Assembly (NCBI GenBank): GCA_013239625.1
Contig: MU053810.1
Coordinates: 6,544,122-6,608,121, forward strand
Source: Lama guanicoe
Taxonomy: Eukaryota
Length of the DNA: 64,000 nt
Direction of reading: 5' to 3'
In this document: piece by piece, positions 39,709 to 52,694 of the stretch
How the letters are laid out: every line of letters begins with the position of its first letter
Numbering within the stretch: the first letter of the stretch is position 1
The notes under the pieces: model-generated
What the model was told of the DNA's origin: nothing
Seen by the model: only the letters and a program-made list of their open reading frames with translations
Database searches by the model: none
Made by a program: the position numbers and the translations under genes

Positions 39709-40045
39709 TGCAATGGATTGAAGGGTGGTCCCCAAAAGATAAGCCCATGCTCTAACCCCAGAGCCTGTGAATGTGAACTTATTTGGAAAAAGGGTCTTTG
39801 CCAAAGTACTCAAGGATCTCAAAATGAGATCATCCTGGATAATCTGGGCAAGTTCTAAATCCAATGACAAGTGTCCTTTTAAGCAACAAAGGACACAGAC
39901 AAAGAGAAGGTCATGAAGACAAAGGCAAAGTAATGGAGCAGCAAGAAATGCCGGGAACCACCAGAAACTAGGAAGAGACAAGGAAGAATTCTTTCCTAGA
40001 GCCTTCAGAGGGAGCTTGCCCCTGCTGACACCTTGATCTTCAGAT
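39709..40045 (+). mobile_element. MLT1C/D-like LTR
   Basis: ctgtgaatgtgaacttatttggaaaaagggtctttg...ctagagccttcagagggag...ctgacaccttga. Confidence 0.85.
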
Positions 40046-41647
40046 TTTCTTCAATCCAGGATCTAATCAAGGATCTGGCGTTACATTTGTCATTTTTCTT
40101 TAGTCTCCTTTGTTCTAGAACAGTTATACTGGTTTTATATCTCAAATTCAGATACCAGTGCAGCTATAGATAGGACTATGTTTTAGGTTTACCTAAAACT
40201 TATATTTTTCTGATATGTAAGAGTAATAAAATGATTTATGTTTGAATCTGCTCTGTTCCAACAAAAAATTAATTATCCCTTTGTAAATCTGCAAAGCAAC
40301 TCTTAGTGGCTAACACTATGTCTTATTTATTCTATTAACATAAGTTGAACAAATTACACTCATTATAAACATTTATAGCTTACAAATTGTTGTTCAAATT
40401 AGAAACACTGTAATGCATAAGGCTCATTTCACCCATCACTAAGATGCATAAATATAATGTCTTTTAATCACCAGCCATTCCCTCCTTCTGTCCATATTTG
40501 ACATTCATTTTATTACTTCTTCTCATTTCGCTCTGATGATACCACCTCTCTCCTTATCCTTTTCAGTTACTTTCCCCTCTTTTTTCCCTATTCTTTATTT
40601 CCCCTTCTCATACTGTTTTCCATAGCAATCCCTGTTAAGAGTATTTTTGCTGTATAAACATCCAAACACTGGGTTAAAATAACTGGGATTAATTCTAGTA
40701 AACTTTGCGTGATTTTTTTAAGGTTAATCTCATTTAGCTTCAGTGTAAAAAACATTACATAATGGGATAAAAGCAATCTAAGAAAGTGAACACCATCTGA
40801 AACACAGAGGAGTCAAGTATCTTGCCTAAAGTAACACAGCTTATAAGGGGTGAAACTAGGATGAAAAGCCAAGAGGCTGACTCCAGAGCTCCTGATCTGA
40901 TGCACTGTACTCTACTGCCTCTCTAAGGCCAGAGACCAAAGGACATTTTTGGGGGGGATTCTCTATCTTTGTCTCTCAGGATGACCACTGAGGCCATTTC
41001 TTTCTCATTTGGTGGAGAGTTTCCCAACGCCTTTCCTTGGACCCTCTTTCTGATGACTTTTTGGTTCCTTGAACTTCCTGGCTGCCTCCTAGGACTTGCC
41101 TCTCCTTATCCTCTGTAACGTAGGTTGTCCATTTAGTTCCATTCAATCCAGCTTCTATTTGGGACCAGGGGAAGGGAGACTTCTCTCAGATTGAAGATGG
41201 CAGAGGAAATCAGTCCTCTGTGCAGAAATACCCATCTGCCTTGCTATGATGAACTTGTGGGTTTATTTTCCTTTAACAGCTTATGTAGTATCTTAAATTA
41301 TGCTATAGTCACACATACACTTGTAATTCAGTTTAAATGATTAGAGGTGGCAAGACTTGAAGTACGAGTAACCAGTGGTTCCAGCAATTTCTGCTGTTAC
41401 CTAGTGGGGTGCCTCACTTCAACTTGCCAAGACCTTAAGTCCACAGTGAAGTCAATGCATGTGGAATGGTATGTCCACACTTTTTTTTCTAGCTATTCAC
41501 AATTACACGGTGGATGGATTGCAAACATCAGTCCTTTTGCTCGTAGACCTAAAATGTAAACCAATTTTGGCAACTTTTTTATATGGCCAAGACTAGGAAG
41601 ACATTGTCATGTTGGTTTTGTTATTACTTTTTCACATCAGTAGTTCT

Positions 41648-41955
41648 TTTTTTTAATGAGTGTACAGTTGACATATAACATTATGTTAGTTTCAGGTGTA
41701 CAACACAATGATTTAATATATGTATATATTGCAAAAGAATCACCACAATAAGTCTAGTTAACATTCATCACCACGAATAGTCACAAATTTTTTTCTGCCT
41801 GTGATGAGAACTTTTAATATTGATCCTCTTTGCAACTTTCAAATATACAATACAGTCTAACTAAATAATATACAGCATGTAATATGTACACTATACATAA
41901 TACATTACTATATAAATGTTATGTAAAATATAATACAGATTAACTATAGTCTGTT
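41648..41955 (-). mobile_element. L1MA-like 3' end
   Basis: acattatgttagtttcaggtgtacaacacaatgattt...gcaactttcaaatatacaatacag. Confidence 0.8.
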
Positions 41956-42687
41956 TCTCTGCTTTGGACTCCATTACCAAAAGGCCTCCTCAGTTATCTC
42001 TGACTCAGTGCCTGTGACCCCCAAAAAGGGATAAGGGTGGGATAGAAAGCAGTATGATACCTGGAATTCACTATAATTGGGAGAGTTTCTTTATTGCTCA
42101 AGGCCTGCGACAACACGCCCCTAAAGTAAGACTACTAACACCTTCCTTACAGGACTCTCATGAGTATTGGATAGAAAAAATCATGTCAAACACTGAGGAG
42201 AGAAACTAGTGAAAAAGAAGCACTCAGAAAATTGTAGTTATTCTTATTTTTCCTGACAAAGCATTTTGTGTGAATTGAAGCAATTTTCTCTGAGAGTCTG
42301 ATGGTATTTCAGGGTCGTTATTAGTGTTTCTGGGATCCTAAAATATGTTTATCTCTCTGAGACCTGATACGTGTCCAAGAACATAAAAAAATAATCCTGA
42401 ATATATGCATATCGTCCCTTTGATGTGTTTTGCTGTGTTGTGTTATGCTGTTTGCAGAGGGAGTGGTATGCAACTATATGGTACATTATCATGATTTCAC
42501 TTAAGCATAATCATATAGTTTCTCATAAAATTACATGAGACCAACAGCAAAGTAGTGTTGTGTGACTCCTGACTCAGGGGAGTGAATATACTCTTCATAG
42601 TTTGGCCTTGGGAGTCATTACAAATGTGAGTAACTTGGACAATTTGAAAAACAAAAAGAATGGACCTTAACACCAAGGTCAATTACG

Positions 42688-42910
42688 GTTTGTCAGTGCT
42701 ATTGTCATTTGGGGCCAGATAATTCTTTGTTGGGAGTACAGTCCTAGGGTTTGTAGGATGTTTAGCTGCGTTGTGGCCTCTATCCCCTGATGCTAGTAGC
42801 ATCTTCTTGATTGTGGCAACCAACCATGTCCCCAGACATTGCCAGATGTCCCCTGGGGGTGTGGTGGTGGTGGTAGTGGTGGCATAAAACCACCCTGGTT
42901 GGGAATCATA
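42688..42910. mobile_element. MER20 (hAT-Charlie) DNA transposon
   Basis: atttggggccagataattctttgttggga...gtaggatgtttagc...gtccccagacattgccagatgtcccctgggg. Confidence 0.85.
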
Positions 42911-43516
42911 GTCTAAACTCACACTGTATTTAATTTACCTGAAGCAGGTCATTAAAGAATTGAGAAAATAGTTCCCAGTAGGAAAAAAGGTAAAGAGAAG
43001 AAAGAGGCTTGGAAGGATCCGTTTTGCATTCAGAACATTCACAATTTTCTCCTCACATCTTGAGCTGTTGTTCTCATCTCGGTATCACAGAGCAGCATCT
43101 ACCCCCACACCACTTCACAGAGACCATCTTCTTCCAGACACTATAAAGTTAAGGACTCAGGATTGCACAATTAAATGGTCCATTTTAAGACTTTGCAAAG
43201 CTCCACTGATTCATTTAAATAGTGACTCATCACATTATCCTTTTCAGAAGCAAAACCCACTTTCCATTCCCCCATTTATTGCTTTCCCATATAATGTGCG
43301 TGAAGTTCAAAATCTTTGGAGCCTCATTAAAAAAAACAACTCAACGCATTTTTTAACTAGGTTAGCATGAAGTTCAGGGGGCCATGAAGATAGCAGAATG
43401 TACATCAGATCTCAGGTCTTTGATGGCGAACGTATTGACTTACTTTGTTTTCCAAAGAAATCTTGCATTTCCTCGTTTCATTCTCCTGAAAAAATAACCC
43501 TTAGCCCTGTGCACTG

Positions 43517-44197
43517 AATTGCCACCCCTGTTTGGAGAAAGTCTCTGCTAATCTAGTGAGTGGCTAAAACAAAATTTTTCATGTTTTAAGGACCCAAGAG
43601 GCTTGATCTCACAAGATACTGGTTGGAATATTGGGATGAACTGGTCTACCACTCTTCTGTGCTTTCTCCCATCTCAGCCTTTGATATCTGCTCTCAAATA
43701 TTTTAATGTCTATTCTGTACCTGGTACTTCTTCAGGCACCAGGACTCAGCAGTGGAAGTTGTATTCTTCATTAATGTGACATCCTACTGTAAATCTCAGA
43801 CTTACCTTGAAGATCTTAGAAGTGATTTGACCACCTTCCTGACGAGTGGAGAGCAGAGCCAGTCATCACAATCCCTTGGAGTGTCCAGGGCACTGGGTTC
43901 CTTCCAACAGTGCACTCGTACCTTCTGCTCGGCCAGTAACCATTGTTCCTCATGAAGTCTGGGGACTGGGGACAAGGGGACCACTTCTCACAGACGCTAG
44001 AGCCACCTAGAATGGCTTGCTTTGCTTTACAAAGCAATTTCTTGCGTTTCTTCTTTTCATTATTCCAATAGCCTTTAGAATTATGTGTCAAATTGCCACC
44101 CTTATTCAGATAAAGTCCCTACCGATCTGCTGAGTGACTAAAACACAGAATTTTCAGGTCATAAGGAAACAATAAACTTGACCTCACAAGATACTGG
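43517..44197 (+). repeat. Diverged ~106-bp direct repeat (43517-43622 / 44091-44197)
   Basis: aattgccaccc...aaagtc...tgagtg(g/a)ctaaaaca...taagga...cttga(t/c)ctcacaagatactgg in both copies. Confidence 0.85.
43806..43958 (-). CDS. Candidate symmetric exon (153 nt, phase 2 to 2)
   Basis: Acceptor cccttgtccccagtccccag|, perfect donor aag|gtaagt; one open frame, LHEEQWLLAEQKVRVHCWKEPSALDTPRDCDDWLCSPLVRKVVKSLLRSSR. Confidence 0.35.
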
Positions 44198-45899
44198 CAG
44201 ATTTGTCATCCAATATTCCCCTTTACTGTTACTGTGAAAAACATTCCCTTCAAGAAAAAGATGTCTGGAAAAGTTCGTTATATCCAATATGTAAGTGAGG
44301 GCTGGTAGACCCCTGCAGGATGAGTGACATTAAGGTTTTCCAGAAAAGTATTTCCTAATATAAATTTCCCATCTCTCATTAGAAATGTAAATCATTGCAG
44401 ATGTCACGTCTCATATTGGGGCTTTGCACCAGGAGTGAAATTATTTCTGTTTTTGTGAGTTGCAGAAACAATAGACGTTTGAAAACTGGCATCTTGGAAA
44501 CCTGTGGAAGAGAAACTTGGCAAAATAAAGGCAGAATGATTACATGTCATGAGAAAAAATGAAAATGAGTTCTGAAAAGGCACATCTGATTTTCTGTTTG
44601 AGGACCAGTTCTCCCCAACAAGAGGGTATTTTTTGTGTGATATTCAGAAATGCATTTTAACAGGACACATTTTCTCTTCCTGGTGACAGCATGTGCTTTG
44701 TAATGATGTGCTATAAGGCTCTGCTGAAGGAATTGGTTTTCTGTGCCCCATTTGAACTTAATTTTATCAGACATCTGTAAGGAATCACGATTATAAATCG
44801 AAGTGCTAAACACAGTCACATCACTCATTAAAAAAAAAAGTTTTTTCATGCTATTGTCCCTCCTTCCTTTCTGAAGAAATTATTTACTTTCTGTTTGTGT
44901 ATATTTCTTTTTGTTTTAGGTCCCAGAAGAGCATTTCTAAGGTCACCACACTGGGAGAAACTCACACGAATGAACCAAATGAAATCACTTTTCAAACCTG
45001 CTGATTTAGTTGTGCTGTCATGTCAGAGCGTTTAACCCTTCAGTTTCCACCAACTTCATCTATTGGATGGTGGGGACAACCCGGGCCCCAGGCATCCCTT
45101 CCCTCAGTGTCAGTCTGCTCCCTGGTGAGAAGAGACATCTGGCCACATCCCCAACTGGGGAGACTAAATTAGATGTTTTATATCATTGGAGTCAAGATGA
45201 CAAGAACTTCTTCCTAATTTAAATAATTGATACGGTGGCTTTTGTCTCCATTTCCAGGTAAATGAAGTCAGAAACATCTCTTAGGCTGGAGTATTTACAA
45301 GTGAGAGACAGCCCTTCCAGATAAAGCCATGCCTAGCAGTCCAGGTCACTCCGAATTCTGAAAGGTACATTGCTAATTCTTCTTTCCTCTTATGCCAGAA
45401 GTTCTTTGTAGATTATCGTCTCATTTTCTCCTCTAGACAAGCTCATGGCACTGAGCGGTAGGGCTCTATGTGTGCGTTTTGGGGGTTTTTTTGTGTGTGT
45501 GTGTGAGGTGTACCCCTGTGTGAAATCAAATGACACATTCCTTTGGGGAGCCAGCCTTTAATCATCCAGTCTTTTCTACAAAAAGAAGACCTCACAGGTG
45601 TGGAGCTTTAAGCCTCTGATGGCTGAGAGAGCAGCAGGCAGGCAGCATGGCACTGGGGAAGAGGGAACAGGAGGGATGTCAGAGCCAGACAGCCCTGAGT
45701 TCAGCCTCTGTCCAGCCCTCATCGTCATCACCCAGTGGCTCCAGGTCCTCAGTCAAATCACTTAATTTCTTCAACTCATTTTCCTCAAGTGCCAAAAAGG
45801 TGCAATACTTTTGGGGTGATGGTGAAGACTAGGGAAGTAATCTGTCACATTCCTGTTGTTTTGCACCTCAGCTCATGATGGTCTATTAACACAGTAACA

Positions 45900-46290
45900 C
45901 AGCCTCCTCCAGCTTGAACAGAGTCTTCGTACCTGCTGTTCCATCCTCCTGGAACACCCTTCCTTTCCATCTTTAGAGCATTGGCGGTTTCTTATTCTTC
46001 AGATTTCCCCAGTGAGATCTTCTCTGGCCATCCTACCTGTGCCCTTTCAACTTGTTCCCCCACCCACCTAGGTTAGTCTCCCTCTCTCAGAGCATCCTGT
46101 TCATTTCGTTTGTAGCATTTACCATGTATGCAATGATGTTACTGTTGTTTTCTTGTTTATTTTTGTTATTACTATACTAGACGGCCAGCTGCCAATCATG
46201 TCTGTTTTGTTTACCTGTGACTACTCTGCATGACGCACCATGTTTAGTACACATAGGTGCTTAATGAGTATTACCGAGTGAGTGAAGGAG
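45900..46290 (+). mobile_element. L2 LINE 3' fragment
   Basis: acctgctgttccatcctcctggaacaccc...gtctgttttgtttacc...gtacacataggtgcttaatgagtattaccgagtgagtgaa, a typical L2 3' end. Confidence 0.7.
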
Positions 46291-46556
46291 TAAATGTTTC
46301 TTATGACCACCTCACAAATGAAAATAAATAGGCACATTTATTCTCACTTTAAGGGGAAGAGACAAAGGCTTAGATAGTTGAAGGGACTTGGCCAATTTTA
46401 CTGTTACACAAAAGGGATCTAGGGCTTGAGCCCAGGTCTGCCTGCCTCCAGGCTTCCTGCTCTTTCCTTTCCACCAGCCGTTCCTAGCGGGGCAGAAAGG
46501 TGGCACCCAAACCACAGGGGCCACATTACTCGGTGTGGTTTGAAAAAGCATAGTGG

Positions 46557-46661
46557 AATATGAAAACAAATACACGTATATATGTGCATGACATTGTGCT
46601 GTACACCAGCAAGTGACACATTGTAACTGACTGTACTTCAATTTAAAAAAAAGAAAGAAAA
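46557..46661 (+). mobile_element. 105-bp L1 3' tip with a perfect 15-bp TSD
   Basis: TSD gaaaaagcatagtgg at 46542-46556 and 46662-46676. Confidence 0.92.
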
Positions 46662-49600
46662 GAAAAAGCATAGTGGTGCAATTTCATATCTGGAAAATGG
46701 AAGAATATTGTCTTCATGATGTGCAGTGCAGAGTATAAAGCACTGCCTTGCCTCGGCTCGTGGGCAAAGGGGAACATTATCGTTTACAGAAACCACAATG
46801 CACTACTGTTAAGCATGTCTCAGCCATGCACCCAAGGCTGACAGAAGAATTGGGAAGCTCACCTCTGACTCCTTCCTGTCCTCTGTCAATTACCAGGCCC
46901 TGTCCATTTACTTCCTCAATAGGTCTCCATGCCCACTGTCATCATTATCCCACTGTAGGTAACCACCATCCTTTGCTACATTTTTCCTTCTCGCCTATTC
47001 AGGTCCTGCCTGAACTATCCTTACTGGACAGTCAGAACCATCTCCAGCCCCCTAAACAAGCCAGGTTCTCTGTTGATGCCACACTTCCACAACCCACTCT
47101 GTGAATACATGTGGCCATGTGTCCAAGGTATAGGAGAGGGCAGGCTGGACACTTGCCAACACACAGTGTTATCATTCTGTATCAAATCAGCCAATTCGAT
47201 AGCCAAACTGGGGCACTGCCTATGGCCCTTCTGTATTGTGTTTCTCAAACCAACTGAAGGATCATTAAAAGAACAAAACTCCCATCCATTGCAAGTTAAT
47301 ATTTTACAAACTAGAGTAAGTCATGAATTTTTAGGGAAGGATTTTAAAAATCAAAGGCAGATACAAGATCAAACAATTGTTTTTGATTATTAGATTCAAT
47401 AGAGCTAAAATTGCTTTAAGGCTTCTAAATGTTTGCATTCAATTTCTGATCTTGCCTCATGGGGGCGCTACACACAGTGTGGCACCGTGTCAGCAAGCAC
47501 CTTACTAGAGGCATGGTCAGATCAACACACATCAATGAGAGGGGGATGTAGCTCAGCCCTGTTCAATGGGAAGAAACACTACTGATGGAACAGCCTTTGT
47601 GGGATCTGCACTTAGAGGATAGGGAAGAAAGGTTACTGTGGAACAGTTCAGGAGCCTAGAAATTAACCACTGAACTGTTGCTTTGTGTCTTTATATTCAT
47701 ATTTTAATTTATTTACTTATTTATACTTTCTTTTAGCACACTAGAATGGTTCTGAAATCAAACCATTAAGCTGGTCTGCTGGAGGGATCCCCTGAGTTCC
47801 TGGCTAGGAGCCAGAACTGGTAAATTGCATCACTCCTGAAATATCACTCAAGCTCTCATGCCACTAGCACCTCTGACACTACATGTTCCAAAGGCAAAAA
47901 TACATCCATGCAATAGGCCTTAGTAGTGTGCTACAAACAGCAGGGATTCTCTGACCAAAGCAAATTTTTTTGGTCACACGTTTTATTAGGTCCTGACTAC
48001 ATTCCCAGGAAAGCCAAGCTGAGCAATGGTTGCTAAGCTGAGGTTTGGCCAGGAAAACCATAAGCCAGAACGGGGTGAAGTGGTGTAAGGATTATTTGTT
48101 AGAAAGAGAGCAGAAAGCACATTTAGCGGTAAGCACAAATTCAGCTGGGAAGATGAAGAAGATTTATAGATGGCTGGGAGATGAGTGGCCAATAATTCTT
48201 CCTTGAATAAGCCCGTATTACTCAAGGCTATGTGCATTATAAAATACGAGAAGCCAAAAAGTAAGAAAAGCCAAAGTCAAGCTGATGTGGATCATTTGTC
48301 ACTGATGGAGAAAAAAGATAAGACCTCTTTGAAGGTCCAGAGTAATGACTGAGGATTTTTATCACAAAGTCCTGGGTAGATTGTAAATATGAGGCAGAAT
48401 AAGAGCCTGAGACTCCCCAGGACCTGTCTGAGAAGTTCTGAACACTGTTCCCACTCCTGCTTCTAGGAAGCACAGCAAGGGAAGAGAACATCAAGAGACC
48501 GTCAAGAGAAACATGGTCTGTACTTAACGCCAAGTTCAGAACGACTTGAACTGATTCAGAAGATCAGACTTCTGAGGTTTCAACCTTAATTACCGGTGCT
48601 TAGACTTCAGAATTTTCCAGTGACTTTTTCCTATAGTGGGACTATAGCCTTAATACAGCATAACCTGCAGTAAAACAAACAAACAAAAAAACTGAAAGAG
48701 CTTGGTGAGTGAAGAGGGCTTGGTTCCAGGTGACCCAGCTGTAGATCCGAGAACTTCAGTAACTGATACTTGCCCTCCAGCAAGTTGCCCAACCTCTTCT
48801 TGTCTCAATCTCGTTATCTGAAATGTGGGAACCAGAGTAATCCCTGCAGTGTGACTCACTAAGTTGCTGCAAGGATGAAATAGGATCATATACAAGAAGA
48901 GAGAGAGGATGAAATGACTAAGAAGTGAAATGTGAGAAATGCAATGATACCCTTAACTATAGCTTAACTTGGTCTTGATTCATTTGAGATGAAGGAGTAA
49001 ATAAATTTAAAGTATTTATTTATATCTTAACTGACTCCAGTTAATTTCTGGGGTAACTGCATGGGCTCTATTTATTCAGTTCATGTTAATGACTTATGGG
49101 CTAGAATTTTCTTCCTTGTATGGTAAAACTAAAGAACTAAAAACTAAAATATGGTAGATTTTCATTTTTATTGTTGTTTCTGCTGTTGAGGCTGTTTTAT
49201 TATCCTGAGCGCCCTCCTCCTCATCAAATATTTCTTAATGGAAGTGGATTAGAATCAAGCAACCCATCTGGATGTTAATTCTTTCCCTATCACTTACTGC
49301 ATGATGTTCTCAAATCAGTCCCTTGTGGCTCAGGACAGAAAACCAACCCAGTCCCAGGGTGTCTCTACTGCTTTGGTTGTACCTGGAACTTTTGATGGGG
49401 AAGAAGAGGGCTGGCCTCAGAATATAGGGTCTGGAACTCCAGTTTTATTCCTTGCTGAGTTCTTCCAACTCAGGCTGATCCAGGGAGCTGCAAGAATAAG
49501 TCTAGATACTTGGGGTCCATGCCTCTGGATCCAGTTTGCTGGCTACCAGCCAGTCTCATTTCTCCAAGGCCTGCCTGATATGTGAATATCCACAGCCAGC

Positions 49601-51030
49601 CACACAGGAGCAGCTGCTAACCTCCAAGTGCCTTAATTATTGGAGCCCCATTTCCATTGACATGCTTCCCTTTGTCCCTATGCCTCCATTAACCACATAC
49701 AAATTAGCACAATTTATTATGTGGCAAAGCCTGTATGGTATCTAATTCATTTCAGCACCGAGGATCTCCCATGATACTGCTGTCCACTTTCTAGGAAAAA
49801 ACCCTAGGGAGGGTTTCTCATTTCCCAAAGAAGCATTTAATCAGATTTAAAATGAATTTCTATTGCTTTTCAATAGTTAAAAGGAAGAAGGGGGGGTGTC
49901 AAATTTAATTATCTGAATTCCAAGCAGCTTCTGGTGAAAAGGTTAAATTCTAAACTTTGATATTAATCTCTGTAAGAATATTGTAGGAGATCAGCTTAAT
50001 TGATACTTAAAGGTATCAGTTGAGATCAATTTCTGGATTCTGAAGATACTCTGCCAAGGAGGGCTAAAGCCCTTTGGCATTCCATTCTTGAAGCCTATCA
50101 GCTTGAAGTGCTGGAGGAGAGGTGTGAGGGTCCTTAAGACATGAAAGGGGATGGAAACTAAATACACTGCACGAAGGGGTTTTCTATTCGCTTTGGTGGT
50201 TCTTATGTTCACAGGAGGCATGGATGTCTAGCCATCCATTTAAAGCTTTGAAAAAGCAGGGGTAATACCTATGGCTCATTCCTTTGTTTTTATTATTTGG
50301 GTCAGTATTTCCATCATTTGATTGCTTTTCCGGTGAGATACGAGACCCCATACAAGACTAAATGCTTAGCTGGACAGTATATAATAACAGATCATTTTAG
50401 AAATATGACCGTTGGAAGAGATTTGCATATAGTACATAAACATTAAAGTTAGTAATTTGATGGGAAGTACTGAAGAGATGCAGGCTATCATGGTTAAAGA
50501 TAAGCTGAGTTGTATCATTAATAGTTAGGAGAATATAGAAAACAAACTTTCAAAAATAATGGAGTACCACAAGTTGACAACATTAAGAAACAGCATGACA
50601 CTTGGCTGCTTCTAAACTATGGGACCCTGTGTAGTGTATGTTACTTAAGCTCTTTGTGCCTCAGGAAAATGGTGATAATAATGGTACCTACACCACAGGG
50701 TTGCTGTGAGGATCCAGGGAGGCAATATATTAATTGTTGTCAACAGCACCTGCCCAGAGTAAGCACTCAGTTTATGCTATTACTAATAATCTTTTTACAA
50801 GTTTTCATACATTTTCCCCCTCCTCAAAATTATACATATAATCCAAACTCCTAGGTCTCCATTCTAAGAAATGTTATTGAGAATCTCTGAAGATAAAAAT
50901 TCCCATTATAGATCCATGGATTTAGTTGTGGACTGTTCATAAAAACTGTGAAATTTGGAGGCACTTCTGATACTCTTCACACCTCCTGGGCAGTAGATTT
51001 TGAATAAGCATTTAAAATTAAGTGTTAACA

Positions 51031-52694
51031 GAGGACATTTTTCATAGAACTAGAACAAATAATCCTAAAATTTATATGGAGTCACAAAAGACCCAAAACT
51101 TCCAATGCAATACTGAAGAAAAAGAATGAAGCTGGAGGAATAACCCTCCAAGACTTCAGACAATACTACAGAGCTACAGGAATCAAAACAGCATGGTATT
51201 GTCATAAAAACAGACATACGGATCAATGGAACAGAAATAGAGAGCTCAGAAATAAACCTACAGTCAGTTAATCTTCAACAAAGGAGGCAAGAACATACAA
51301 TGGAGAAGACAGTCTCTTCAGCAAGTGGTGTTGGGAAAACTGGACAGCAGCATGTAAATCAATGAAGTTAGAATACTCCCTTACATCATACACAAAAATA
51401 GACTCAAAATGGCTTAAAGACTTAAATATAAGGCAGGACATGATAAACCTCCTAGAGGAAAACATAGGTAAAACATTCTCAGACATAAATTTTACCAATG
51501 TTCTCCTACGGCAGTAGAAATAAAAGCAAAAATTAACAAATAGGACCTAATAAAACTTATAAGCTTTTGCACAGCAAAGGAAATCATAAGTACAAAAAAA
51601 AATACAACCTACAGAATAAAAGAAAATATTTGCAAATGATGTGATTGACAAAGGTTTAATTTCCAGAATATAAAATCAGTTCATACAACTTAATAACAAA
51701 AAAACAAACAACTTAATCCAAAAATGGGCAGAAGACCTAAACAAGCAATTCTCCAATGAAGCCATACAAATGGCCAATAGGCACATGAAAAAATGCTCAG
51801 TATCACTAATTTTCAGAGAAACGCAAATCAAAACTATAATGAGGTATCTATCACCACACACCAGACAGAATGGCCATCATTCAAAAGTACACAAACAATA
51901 AATATTGGAGAGGCTGTGGAGAAAAGGGAACCCTCCTACACTGTTGGTGGGGATGTAGTTTGGTGCAGCCATTATAGAAAACAGTATGGAGATTACTCAA
52001 AAAACCCAAAATAGACTAACGATATGATCCAGCCATCCCAACCCTGGGCATATATCCAGAAGAAACTCTAATTTGAAAAGATAAATGCACCCCAATGTTC
52101 ATAGCAGCACTATATACAATAGCCAAGACCTGGAAGCAACCTAAATGTCCATTGACAGATGACTGGGTAAAGAAGTTGAGGTATATTTATACAATGGAAT
52201 ACTACTCAGCCATAAAAAGACTAAAATAATGCCATTTGCAGCAACATAGATGGACCAAGAGATTGTCATTCTAAGTGAAGTAAGCCAGAAAGAGAAAGAA
52301 AAATACCATATGATATTACTCATATGTGGAGTCTAAAAAAAAAAAAAGAAAATGAAAAAGAAAAAAGAGGACACTAATGAACTCATCTACAAAACAGAAA
52401 CAGACTTGCAGACATAGTAAACAATTTTATGGTTATCAGGGGAAAGGGGGTGGGAAGGGATAAATTTGAGATTTTGAGATTTACAAGGTTAGCCACTATA
52501 TATAAAAACAGATAAAAAAAAACCAAATGTCTTCTGCATAGCACAGGGAATGATACTCAATATCTTATAATAACCTTTAATGAAAAAGAATATGAAAACA
52601 AATATATATGTATGTATATATGCTTGACTGGGACACTATGCTGTATACCAGAAATTGATACTTTAAAATTGACTATATTTCAAAAATAAATAAA
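51031..52694 (+). mobile_element. 5'-truncated L1 (ORF2 C-terminal part + 3' UTR), same family as 31457-33092
   Basis: Colinear with the 31457 copy; TSD taaaattaagtgttaaca (51013-51030) / taaaattaaggggtaaca (52695-52712). Confidence 0.97.

Noticed and set aside
47541..47557. gggggatgtagctcag, a tRNA-like 5' end
   Set aside because: No B box or cloverleaf follows.
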